A stretch of 53,092 nucleotides of DNA from Craspedostauros australis (taxonomy: Eukaryota): positions 1 through 53,092 of the forward strand of contig JALAGF010000198.1 in NCBI GenBank assembly GCA_030167865.1, in the 5' to 3' direction. The notes under the pieces are model-generated. The model was not told the DNA's origin. It saw nothing but the letters and a program-made list of their open reading frames with translations, and ran no database searches. A program made the translations under genes and the position numbers. Below, piece after piece: positions 10,043-22,600 of the stretch (its first letter is position 1; every line of letters begins with the position of its first letter).

Positions 10043-12695
10043 GTTGTCCGCTGTCTTTGCTGGCGACGCTTGCGAGCAACCTGTTTGCGTCTGTATCTTT
10101 CTTTGGCGACTTCCTTGCTGATGGGATGTACCTATGAACTCCATGCACTGTGACTTGCGCAAGTGTGCATGGAATGTCGCAGTTGGGTGCTCGCTGGTCA
10201 GCACACTGCGAAACGCCCACGAGAACGCTTCTGTCCTGGGTGGATGCTGTTGATGCGGATCCCTCTGTCTTTGTGTTCCTGAGATGACCGCGCCTCGTTT
10301 TTGGGAGGAAACGTTGCCATCAATCGTGTTTGCGGTCCTTGTCGCTCTTTTGTTTCGGTTCCGATACTTTTTCTGTTCGTGTTCTGCTCGGTTGAGACCA
10401 TCAATGTCAATAGATGTCGCATTGGGACAATCTCGGTCTTTTTGTCCATTGTGCATCAACATTTAATTCATCAAATCATGAATACAATTTATGATCATCC
10501 ACAATGACTACCTCTTTGAAAATTGTCTTTTTTGTTGTGGGTGACTATGGTCACGATCTTTTGCCAAACCCTATCGAAGACCTACGTTGCAACCAACGGA
10601 AACAAAGCGCAAAACCAATTTTCCGCTGTTTTTCTCCGAGTTCGCTGAGTCAAAGCACACGAGACGAATCGCACACTTTGGTGGCGGCGCAGCGAAATGC
10701 AACGCAAGAGAGTTGAAATGCTGGTGGGTGAGGGATGTGTGTCCATCTTACCGTTGGAGGAATGGAGAGCACTGTGCAATTGTTGCGAATGCAAGTCATG
10801 AAGCAGCGTTGTGCGTATTCCGCACCTTGCACTGCCTGTTTCATTTCATACATGCGGACAACACCATGCCACCGCTATGAAATTGTACTGCTCGCCTCTT
10901 CTTCTTCCTTCTTCCCAAGTGTTGCGCAGTCTCCTTCCAACCACGTCAATCCATCGGAATGCGTCAAATGGAGCAGAGCATCGCGATGTCTGCCGAAATC
11001 GTTCTACCTTCAAGTTTGTGATGGAGCTGCTCGATCGCCATGCTCCTCAAGCACATGAAGACGGTGCGCGTTGACGTTTATTTAACGCTTAAGACGTTTG
11101 TGGAGGTTGCTACATCAAGCATTTAAAACTTAAGCATGACTGAACGCAACATCGAAACCACATTTAGTCGCATGAGTCAACTGCACCAAGAAAAATGGTG
11201 GATTGAATCGTCTTCGCGTTTCTGCCACGTCACAGGCGAACGCCATAGAATAGCCCAGTCTTGTGGACGGGTCTTGAAGAACCCCATTCCACGATCGCGG
11301 GAGTATTCCATCGTCTGTTTTTTGCTCACTTTATTCGCGCGCCCTTGGTACTCGCGCAAGCCTACCCTACAATCCACACACAGGCGGATCCGTGCGATTC
11401 TCACCTCTTGTTTCTTGGTGGAGGCCATGATGTCGTTGAGCAGTGCGAGGGCAGATAGCACGAAGTTTGAAGTTTGATTGCCAGCAGTTGTGTGTCCTTG
11501 CAGAACAGCCCGTGTCAGACAGACTATTCTCACCGGGGGGATAGATTGGAATGGTAGGGCGCGTTCCGATGGGAAGGATTTATACCGTCAACAAAGCAGT
11601 TTAGTTACCGCGCGCTCGAAAGAGCAGCAGGAGGAGCCACTGAGCGCAAGCCGCCTCCTTCGGAGGTTCTGTTGTCTTTGGGTCTTGGTTGGTCTCCGCG
11701 CTTCGTCAAGTCCATGGTGGTGCGTCACAGATTTCTGAGACGGGACACATGCGCAGGCAGTGCGTATCAATCCATCCAAATCCATCCGCGCAAGGCGAGA
11801 CAGACACGAAACAGAAGTTGAGGCAAGGAAGCAAATGCGACCGAATCATGTCACACACAGACACGCCACCCCTAGCACACGCGTCACACCAACGGTGGCA
11901 GAGACGCATCCGTATTCGTGGATGCACCAAGATCGTGTCTTGGTTGGTCATCGGCGTTCTTGGTCCACCTCGACGGATCTGTGCTGTACGAGGATTACGT
12001 GAGCGAACACAGAACATACACAAGGCAGAGAAATGTGCCACCACAAGCAACCAACCAAGAAAGACGCAGAGAACACATGGAAAGATACCAACAAGCGTCG
12101 GAAGCAAGAATACAAAGTGGCGGTACCCCCACTCTTGATGGCGACGACAACTCATCACAACACATCGCAACAACACATCATCGCAACGAAGGAGAACGGA
12201 TCGCAATCCGCCAGCGCCCTCAGGACAAATTGGAGACAGCTTCGTACGACATTGGACGGCATTGAGCGGCACTGAACGGCGTCAAGGGGCACTGTGAAGG
12301 GCGATCTCTCGATCATCGGATTAACCACAACAAGATTCATCCAATCAACCACCCAATCAATCAATCAATCAATCAAGCCAAGCCTCGATCCATTCACACA
12401 CTCACACACTCACATCAACCAAGCAAGCAAGAAAGACCGAGGGAGGAGCACCACGACAAGGACAAGATTGACAGCACAACAGGTAGAGTACTTCATTCGG
12501 CGGTGGTGCATGGTTGAGACGTTGAGACCCACCAAGAAGCGAAAACCAAGAAGCCCCAACGGTCCTTGGCGCAAACCAATCCATGCACACGCATACTCAC
12601 ACACAAAGTACCACCCATAAGAACGACGGCATCAGCGACAGCCTGTTCCATACCTCTGGGGGGAGACTGCGACTGACCCAAGACCAACAACAGCC

Positions 12696-12746
12696 TCAAG
12701 ACCAGCATCAAGACCAGCATCAAGACCAACGTCAAGACCAACGTCA
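12696..12746. repeat. 12-bp tandem repeat TCAAGACCA(GCA/ACG) x4
   Basis: Seen directly: two copies of each variant. Confidence 0.9.
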
Positions 12747-13180
12747 GTGACGGGAGCGAAGGTCAACGCATTGCTAGTGGAGCATTCGCACGTTGATGCA
12801 GCAGAACAAACCGAAGGGTGCCATTCCATTGCATCAAATGCCCACAATTCTGCGCTGCGGAACTCTTTTTCTGCCAACGGTCTCGCCATCAGCATCATCA
12901 TCATTGACAATAGCAGAAGCATAAGCATCACAGTGATACAAGATTCATTGGGGGAGACGAACGCCGCCGGTTCTGGTAAGTGTGGAAACGGCATGGGAAG
13001 AGGTGCGGTTGCTGAGAGCAACACCTGATGATTGGCATCCGACACTGCTGCCCCGTTCGCTTCGGTGTTTGCTGGACTTTGTGGAATGAATCTATACCAC
13101 CAATCAACTCTACGATGCTCACCCTCACTCCTCATCTTTCCAAACCATCTCGCTGCATCTGCTACACCAGCATCCACAAG

Positions 13181-15035
13181 ATGAACTCGAAGATGAACTC
13201 AAAGGCACCTCCCGCGGCCATCAGTCCGTGCCATGCGGCTGACAACTCATCCATGATGGATCGGAAACCAGCAGCGTTGAAATCGCCTCCACGTTCAGCA
13301 TCCTCCTCTTTCTCGGCAGCCAGAGACGTCTCCGTCTCACCCACGCAACCCAAACCGCCACTGCAGCGCACCTCCAGCGGATCTTCGTTGGTCCAGAAGC
13401 CTCCCGCGCATCACAAACGAGCGAAGAGCACCCAGGGCGTCCTGGAGGACCCGGTCGCGCCGCATCCTGCCGCATCGCAGAAGAATGAGACAAAGCAACG
13501 CAGACGGCACGTCGGCTTCCTTCCGCGGTGGCTGCTCAGCAAACGAGGCAACTGCTCGGAAACGACGACGGCTGGTTCATCCTTCGCGGTCTCCAAGCAA
13601 CCGCAGTGCGCAGCGCATGCCGCTGGAGAGACGGTGTATGATGGCAACTACAACATCTACGGGCAGCGGCATGGGCAGGGCGAGCTGGTGTGGAGCAACG
13701 GCGACATGTACAAGGGCAACTTCTTCAATGGGCTGCGGGATGGCCATGGGATCTTGCAATTTGCGGACGGTACGTGATCATCTGCTGTGTTCTGCTCTTC
13801 CTCGTGCTCGTTCTCGGATTGTGTCGGTGTCATTCATTACGTCATTGCGTATGTAACGCACTCTGCTACGTTGTTGAAGTTGACTTCATGCTCTGCCGCA
13901 CAGCGAGCACCAGTGATAAGCGATGCGACTGACCTCACCTCTCATCTCATGCCTTTTCGTCTCCATACTTCAACTCAATATAACTCAACTTCACTCAACA
14001 CCATTCCATCATGACCATCCAGGCTCCGAATTCAACGGTCAGTGGGACTGCAACGACATGCACGGCCATGGCCGCCGACGATTCCCAAACGGCAACGTCT
14101 ACGTCGGCTCGTACGTGCGCGGCAAACGCCATGGCTTCGGCAAGCTCTACTTCGCCAACGGAGATCTCTACGTCGGGCAGTGGGATCAGGATCAGATCCA
14201 CGATCTCACAGGCAACGCCAAGTACTTCCATCATGAGTCCAACTCGAAGCAGCCAACATCCAGCATCGCGCCGATCCCATTCACGTTCAAGCGCAACAAG
14301 GACCGCCACCAGGATGCGCCGTCGTCGCCATCCTCCGTCGATGCGGTGCCCGCCCTCACCCCGTCCGCGTGTTCGTACCCGGGACAAGAGACGGAGGAGG
14401 AGGAACCCTTCGACATCACGAGCGTCCCCACCATCGCGGTCTGCGCATTCCAGGGTTGCTACAAGAATGGCAAGCGTCACGGCAAGGCCAAGCTGCAGTA
14501 CCCCAACGGCGACCTGGAGTGCGTCGGGTACAGCCAGGGCAAGCTGGTCGGTCCCATCGTGCGGTGGTCGGCCAACCGCTGCAAGGCCTGGCTGTGCCAT
14601 GGTCCCAACGGCCGCATCAAGAAGAAGCTCACGATCATCGAGGCCGTCTCCTACGGCTACCAATGCGAGAAGGTCATGCAGGAGCTGGAGCCCAAGCAAT
14701 CGCAGGCGACACCCGCTGCTGTCGAGAGCAATGACCGCGTCCAGGAACGACGCAACGACGATGACCGCAAGCCCAGCGCATTGCCGCAGTACTCCGAATT
14801 CCATCGACAGGCCATCGTGGCATCCGCCATGGAGACCGAGGAACTGGATGTGCAGCTAATCATGGCATTGCATGATTCCATGCCGCACATCCCTCACGAT
14901 CCCGCTCCCACGGCCAGCGCGTATGCGGGATCCATGATGAGTCCGGTGCCTCGCAGCAACAACATCGCGGTCGGGATCGCCTTGGATGGGGAGGACTATC
15001 TCTTCAACAAGTGTTCAAACTCACGGATCGTGTAG
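13181..15035 (+). CDS. MORN-repeat protein, 2 exons (13181-13769, 14023-15035)
   Basis: MORN repeats YDGNYNIYGQRHGQGELVWSNGD, YKGNFFNGLRDGHGILQFADG, YVGSYVRGKRHGFGKLYFANGD. The GTACGT...CCAG intron (13770-14022) joins FADG|SEFNGQW in frame. Start codon inferred. Confidence 0.88.
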
Positions 15036-15413
15036 AGCAATGCGTTGGGGACTTTGGGGCATCGTGATGACATGGAAGAGCCTGCCTTGGGAGATGATGG
15101 CGTGCTGGTGCTCCTTCATAGAGTAGGGCATCGTTGCTGGTCTATCGTTCCTTTCTTCTTTCCTTGCCTTCGGAGTAAACGTATCATATAGAAAATAATA
15201 CAATACCACATGGCACCAGGCACTAGAGAGTAGAACAGTCACATCGTCATCACATCACCATCTTTTATTTTTCAATCCATCTTTTTCATCATGCCGGGCT
15301 GTGCCGTTTCTCTAGAGTCGCTGCACACCCACGGCTACTCCTGCACCACTGCACCATCGCATGAGCACGATTATGCGAGTGTACCAATACTGCGCTGCGT
15401 CACACCGCGCGCA

Positions 15414-16202
15414 CTATTGGGACCATAGCGTTTCTGCTTGATGTTTGACCTTGTGCTCCACCATCAACCGCCAGAAGGCAACGACCGCGGGACACGCCTT
15501 CTTGGCCAACTGATGACACCGCTGATACTGCTGCATCGTCAATCCGCGCCCGCCCACGACATGACTGCCGCAGCATGCATAGTGTCCCGTGCTGCGATGC
15601 ACCATGACGACGAGCGTCGTGTTGTCCTCGCACTCTTCCTCCGACGTCGGATCCAACCGCACCGACGTCGCAACGAGGCACGTCGTGGCGATGGGCATGT
15701 ACAACAGATCGATGCCGGCATCCATCAAGGCCGCGACGCCGGCATGCAGCAAGCATGAGACCGTCGAGCCGTTCGATTGGATGATGTGGAAGACGATCTG
15801 GATCTTGATGCGCGCGGCGCCCGCGACGCGTTTCGATAGCGACGGCACGTCCAAGGCCGACGAGAATACGTTCGTCAGCAGGTTCTGCCATTCGGCCTCG
15901 AGCATGACGGATGATGATGATGTAGTCGTATCGCTCGTCGTCGCCGTCATGAGCATGGACGATTCTTCGCCCGATTTGAGGATGACCGAGACGATGTTGG
16001 AGGGATCGTCGTTGGGCAGATTGGCGCTCATGGGAACGATGGGTCCTTGCACGGCCGCCAAGACATGCGTCGACCCGGACTTCCACAGTGCCGATCCATC
16101 CGCGTTGGCCAAGCAGGATAGTTCGCAGGACAGCGGACGCAACGTGCCGGCGTTGGGTCGGCCATCGAATCGGCGTTGCTGCTGCTTCTTGGATGATGGC
16201 AT
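15414..16202 (-). CDS. RRP46: Exosome complex RNase PH-like subunit, RRP46/EXOSC5-like
   Basis: RFDGR...LRPLSCELSCLANADGSALWKSGSTHVLAAVQGP, NGSTVSCLLHAGVAALMDAGIDL and LDPTSEEE are RNase PH-fold motifs. The N-terminal pattern fits RRP46 best; RRP41/MTR3 are not fully excluded. Confidence 0.8.
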   Translation of the reverse strand: MPSSKKQQQRRFDGRPNAGTLRPLSCELSCLANADGSALWKSGSTHVLAAVQGPIVPMSANLPNDDPSNIVSVILKSGEESSMLMTATTSDTTTSSSSVMLEAEWQNLLTNVFSSALDVPSLSKRVAGAARIKIQIVFHIIQSNGSTVSCLLHAGVAALMDAGIDLLYMPIATTCLVATSVRLDPTSEEECEDNTTLVVMVHRSTGHYACCGSHVVGGRGLTMQQYQRCHQLAKKACPAVVAFWRLMVEHKVKHQAETLWSQ

Positions 16203-17090
16203 TGCGGATGTGGCAATTCAAAGTCGCTGCGATGTTGTGGATGCAAGGATATGTGCGACTACGCTGGTTCGTCTGTCTACTCTACGTGTATTCTTCGAGT
16301 ATCCTCCTTCAGTGGATGATCTCTCTTTGTCTCACACAAAAATGATACGATGTGACGATCTTTGGGATGCGTTTGATGTGATGATGATGATGGCGCGGAT
16401 TCACATTTTCGTTGGTTGCATTCATTCGACGACCGTTGACGTACGACTTACAAACCGATTTGGATGGTTTTAGTCTGCGTAGTCAAACCACGATTGGATG
16501 AACTTCAAGGTGGCATGACGTCACGCACAGCGCGTCTCGACATCTGGCGCGAAGAACACGCTCAAATGGAAAACGCGAACTTGCGCGCAACAGACGGCCG
16601 GAAACAGCGTGTCGTGACCATGGCATGGTGTCAAGAAAGAACAAGTGACGGGACGGAAAGAATCCTCTGAGATTCGGCGTCTGTTGGAGGAAGAACAAGA
16701 AGAAGCCACAAGGTAGGAGAGCTCTGTTCTGTTCGGCATCGTTCTGATTGATGCTCTGCCACTCCACCAATACAATCAACTGCACGAGGACGAGTATCAC
16801 TCCGTATCCGTACAAGCTGCCTGTCCGTGTTTGTGTGGTGTTGATGGGTGCCAATCGAAGAAGTGGAAGAAGAAAGAAGCATCGGCAACGCTGCTCTGTG
16901 CTTCTTGTTCCCAAACATCCTGCGAAGTGAACAGTCCACTCGAAGATCTCCCAACGGCAGTGTTCCGCTGTAGCAGCCACCATCCTGCAACCACAACTGC
17001 ATGACATTACATTATATTATATTAGAATATAATACATCACACAGCCACGACAATTGGAACCAAAGGAAGAAGCAGAAGAGGAAGAAGACA

Positions 17091-18715
17091 ATGACGGGAG
17101 AGGCAAGGAGAACCGGCAGGATGGACAGCCCAGCGCGTCCTTGGTTGCACACCAATGCGAGGCTGCTGGTGTCAGCTCTGTCAGCTGTGGTGGCCATGCA
17201 GCATTCATGCCATGCCTTCCATGCCGATGGTCTTGTGGTGAAGCACAGACATGGCAGTGCTCACAGCGAGAACAACTGCAGACGCACGAGCGGCATTGCG
17301 GGTCTCCCAACGCAGCTGCGTGCGCATGGGCGCAATCGGCGTGACAGACAGCGACCCAGGAGGGACAAGCCGGTCATGACGGGGCCAACGTCGTCGCGTC
17401 CCAGCAAGGACCGATTCACGAAGAAGCTCATGATGCCCAAGCTCGCGAGCTGCGCGACGGTTTGGGAAGAATTTGGCTGCCAAACGTATGCGTATCACGA
17501 TGATACCAGTCGCAGACATCGCCTGGATGGTCGCATTCATGCCCTGGAGTGCGATCGTCAACCATCGACGGAGCACATTGAGATCGGCGATCTCTTCCTG
17601 CGTCCCTACACATCCTCGCCGCCAAAGAAGAAACCGGCGCGGCAACAGCAGCAGAGACGCCATGCCGACAACGGCCGCCCGATTCCGGTCACGTACACGA
17701 ATGAACCCAGGACGCTGGTGCGATGGTTGAGTGAGAACCTTCCGTCCGGTGACCACCATGCTCCAACCATCTTGGGATTCGACACAGAAGTGAGTTCAGT
17801 TATGCAAGGGTCTGTGGCATGTGCGGGTGTACTCGTGTTGTGTTGTGTTGCTCTCTGTCTCTCTCTCTGTACTCTTTGCTGCACATGATGCCTTTCTTTG
17901 ACCTTTGGCTGACCGTGCCCACCATTCCAACGATCGCCAACATCTTCCCTTTCCATCTTGACCACGCCATCCTCCACCATGCCATGCCATGCCATCTCGC
18001 ACGGCCTCATTGTGCAACTGTGCAATCATTGCAGTCCGTCAATCCCAACCAAGCGCATACACGCGCAGTATTTCGAGGGCCTGCAACCATCCAATTGGCA
18101 ACGACGACATCATCTCTGGTATTGCAGCTCGTGGATTCTGTCCAACCCAATTCCAACTACAACCCGTCCACGTCCTGCGCATCCATCATCCACACGCTCT
18201 TGGCGGATCCCACCATCGTCAAGGCAGGCGTCAAGCTTGATGAAGATATCATGGAGCTCTTCAAAGCATGGGGCATCGGAACGAACGCCATCGCGAGAAG
18301 TAGGCTCAACTTGGATGACTACATCCAGCTCCCGCAATGGCAGGCTCAATACATGTCGGGAAACAAGGTGGGATTGAAGACGCTCGCGAAGGAGATTGTC
18401 GGCGTCGACTTGCTGTCGGCCTACAAGAAGTCCAAGTACATTTCTTGGTCCAACTGGTCGCGCATCCCGCTCACACAATCTCAGCTCTACTATGCCGGAC
18501 GCGACGCGTGGGCCGGTGCTGCGATTTGCGATCGCTTGCAACGGCACCATCTGCAAAGGACCATGATGCAACGCAAGGCGCAATCTCCCTTTGTATCCAC
18601 GCACGGCGACGCCTCCATTGAGGAGTTCATTCGCAACCACGAACTGCCGTTGAACGAGATTCATCATAGTCGGCAACCACGCAGAGCGCATTCCAAATCG
18701 TCTGTAGCGCCGTGA
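17091..18715 (+). CDS. WRN/EXD2-type DEDDy 3'-5' exonuclease, 2 exons (17091-17789, 18035-18715)
   Basis: ExoI LGFDTE, ATIQLAT, ExoII IVKAGVKLDED, VGLKTLA, ExoIII SNWSRIPLTQSQLYYAGRDAW. Phase-0 intron GTGAGT...TTGCAG (17790-18034). Start may be 17091 or 17121. Confidence 0.88.
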
Positions 18716-19664
18716 GCGGCAGCAGCATGGTATGGACGTACGGGTCCATTTCATCGTCGAATGCGTTTGGGAATTCATGCAATGACAACAAAGGAAAACT
18801 CTTTTGGTCTTGTGACCCATCATGAGACAGCATTTGTGAGGAACGCTTGGACAGCGTCACCATGCCACAACAACACCTCCACAGAAGATTCCCAATCTTC
18901 TATCATGCCATACCAATAGACAATACGCACAAATAGACAGACGAATCACATGGATGTTCACCACGTTACGCGTACGTTGGGCCCCACACCGTTTTCAACT
19001 GCTCGTACATTCGTTGCTCAATGCGCCGACTGGGCATGAACTCTACACGCACACAAGCAGCAGCCTGCCAAATCATCCAAACAAGACCAAACCGATCGCG
19101 GAAAAGGGTTCTGATTCTGGGAGTTCGCGGAGTCGCTGCTGTCGGCACGTAATAACAATCAACGCATCAGCAAGCCAATGCTGCCATCTTGTGTCTTTGC
19201 GTGCGACGTCCGTTTTCATTTGAAGTTGTCGTTCCACGATTTCAAAAATGCAAAGACAGCACACAGCAAAACAACATAACATCACATAGGTGGAGTGGCA
19301 CAAGACAACACCTCAATCCATAAGCACACCAGACCGCGAGTGCTCATCATTGGGGAGCAACGGTACGTGCGAGTGCTGACACATGATGGATTGATCCACA
19401 CGATCATCGAGAGCACGGTGGCTTGCGGTCTTGCTCAACTAGTATCCATGGAATGGATTGTCATTGGTGTTGATGTCCCCCCGTCATATAGTATCATGCC
19501 ATATCATGCCATTGCATTGCTCCATCAACAACTCACAATCCCAATCGCATTCTCTCCATCACACAACACAACAGTACACCAAATCACGACAATCAAGACA
19601 ACAGCGCACGCCGCTCCAACCAACCAACCAACCAATCAGCAAGCTACCGATCGGCAAGCCGACA

Positions 19665-22600
19665 ATGCGCGCGTTTCACATGATGGTGCTGTTGGCGGCA
19701 TTGCTCGTCATGGCATTGCTCCATCCCACCGCCGAAGCTGTCGTCGCAACCTACCGTTGCCCAGACGCGGGCGACGACATCACCATCGACATCGCCCATC
19801 AGCACATCCAGCTGCCCAACTTCGATGGCGGCCTGTGCCTTCTCACGATCCACGACCACAACGCCATGCGGATCCCCGTCGCGCGCAGCTACGATGGATA
19901 CGATTGGGAGATCTCGGCCGGTCGCTTTGCCGACACCCTCACCGTCCACTGCCGCTTCGATGACTCATCTACTTGCGAGATGATCCTGCCAGCTCTCACC
20001 TCGATCGGCCAAACCTACGTCCTCTCATCCTACGAATCGTATCTTGCCACCAACTCGGAATCATCCGTTGTCCGCAACCAGCGCGCGACGGTCGCTCGAT
20101 TCTTGGAGCAGGCCTCGTTTGGAGTGCAGCGCGCGGACCTGGACGGGTGGGATTGGAACGGACATGGTGCAGATGATCGATCGAACGGCATCATCCCCTT
20201 CCGACGCTGGATCGTGCGCCAGATGGACGAATCCATCACGCCGACATCATCCCACCGTGGATTCTTTCGCCAAAGAACCAATCCACGACTGACCCAGTCG
20301 TTCATCGGTGGACTACCTGGACCCAAACCATGTGATGTCGGTGCACGATTCCGAAGATACGTTTGCGTGTCTGAGGATCGAGGCAAGGAACTCACCGTGT
20401 CATCGTCATCTGCGGGTGGCACATCGCTGTTCGCGGTGTCAGTGGATGGCATCGTCCGGACCTTCATGCAGACACAAATCCTCTTGGTGAAGTTCGACGA
20501 TTGGGATGCCAGCATCGATCCTTCGTCGGCCGTCCCAATACAGCTGGACACGGCGTACGTGATCTGCGGAGACGATGCCACGTTCTATCAGAACGGCGTG
20601 GGATCGCCCTTGCGCGTGAAGCCCTTTGTGGCCGATGCTGACAATGGCGATGGCGATCAGGATGCTTGTCTGCAGTTCCTGCGAGGCAATCCTGCTGTGT
20701 ACTTCCCACCATCTCACCTTGATGGCATTGCCGTGCTGGACTTTGGCACGTACGATTCCATCGAAGGCAGCAGTCAGCAGCATCTCAAACGATTGGATGA
20801 GGTGTCGTACGACAGCGAGTACTGGAAGCATTCCAATGACGGTGACGACTACATCGTCCTCAATGAACTAGAACGCCAGCTCTGCGATGCGTACGATCAT
20901 GCATTCATTCAAATGAGCGAACCGATCATTGCGAGATTCCAAGATGCGAACGATGCTGCTGACCCGTTCAAGTTCCTTCTCTACGATCCGAGGTTGGTGC
21001 TTCGCGAGAATACGGTGCAGAATCCATTGGAGGATGGTGGCGGTGCAATGGCGGCCGCATCTGGCGACGCCATGCAGTGCGCGAATGTCCCGCGATCCTT
21101 CCTCAACGAAGATCACTGCTTCCTGAGCACGGCGGCAACAGCGTGCAGCTCCGCAGCTCCGCCGGTGTTCTCTGTGCAGTTGACGCCCGAATTCCTCGCG
21201 GCGGCGCACGCCATCACGGGACGATTGGTACGTGTTGGTATCTGTCTCGTCGTTGCTTCCATGCCAGTGTATGGTAAAGTGTGCAATGCGCACAACATGC
21301 CAAATCCACAAACTCTCACGCTGCCATGTCCGCTTATTCTTTGCATTCAATGTTTCATGCATTCCTACTTGTATGCCAATGCTTTTGTGCCAATGCCATT
21401 ACTCTATTGCACTCCATCGCGTGCTTTAAACACCACACTACCGTGATCGCGCCATACTTGTGCAGTACTACAGCATTGCGGGATTGCCGCTCAGTGACGA
21501 AACCTACCGCGATCGCAGCAATAACCTGCAATACTTCCAGCCCTCTCCATGTGGTCTGCACAAGAACCGTTGGTCTCGCTGGATGCAAGTCGACCAAACC
21601 AACTGTCAAAACAACGACCGAGTCGTCACGGAAGAAACGGAGCATGTCTTCGCAATTCTCTTGCAACCATCCTTCGATGATATCCCGTCATCCTTGCCTG
21701 CCATCAAAGATGTCCAGCTGTACCAAACGCAGGAGTGCAGCAAAGCAGACCGCGATATTATTGATTTAGGATTCGTCACAGGGCTGGACGGTACGTGTTG
21801 GCAACACGTGCATTCGTTGCATTCCAATGTCTATGACTTCTCGCAATGGACCATCGACCACCCCGGCGGCGCTCAACAAATCGAACAGCCATCACGGGAC
21901 GGATCCACGGAGCTCGTCCTTCCGGCTTCGCACCAGGCTGACGGCAACCACCGTTTCTACGCGAACATTCACAGTCGTGCTGCCGAATACCCGTTGCTGG
22001 GGAAGCTTGGAGACTACGTTCCGTATTCAGATCTGCCGCAGCAGTTGCAAGTGCGAGAGATCCAACGCCAGTTCGGAGTTCTGCCAACAAACGAAGCACG
22101 CGGCGCTGTCGTCGTCTGTGGTTCGGATGGGGAGGTGGCCAATGATCCCTTCCTAGGGACAGGCTTTGAGATGGAGTACTTCGACGACGAGAGATTCCGG
22201 GATCACGCCACACCAAGCTCCTTCACCAAACGGCAGAAGAATACAATCTGGTCTCACATCGCCCTCTTCGGGAAGGATCAACTTCGTCAGCGCGTCGCGT
22301 TTGCTCTCAGTCAAATTTTGGTCGTCACTCCCGCGCTGCTCAACGACGAGCACGGCACCGAGACAACAATTGCCTTCTACGACATCTTTGTCAGGAATGC
22401 CTTTGGAAACTACCGCGATATCCTGAAACAGGTATCGTTCCATGACAAGATGGGCGAGATGCTGTCCTCCTTGAACTCCAAGAGCATGCAGTACTCCATC
22501 GATTACGGTGAGAAGGCTTATCCAGATGAAAACTTCGCGCGCGAGATCATGCAGCTCTTCTCCATCGGTCTGGTTCGACTGAATTTGGATGGCACGGCCA

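Noticed and set aside
10100-13100. Short ORFs between the coiled-coil and MORN genes
   Set aside because: No motifs or convincing splice model. A small gene cannot be excluded without RNA-seq.
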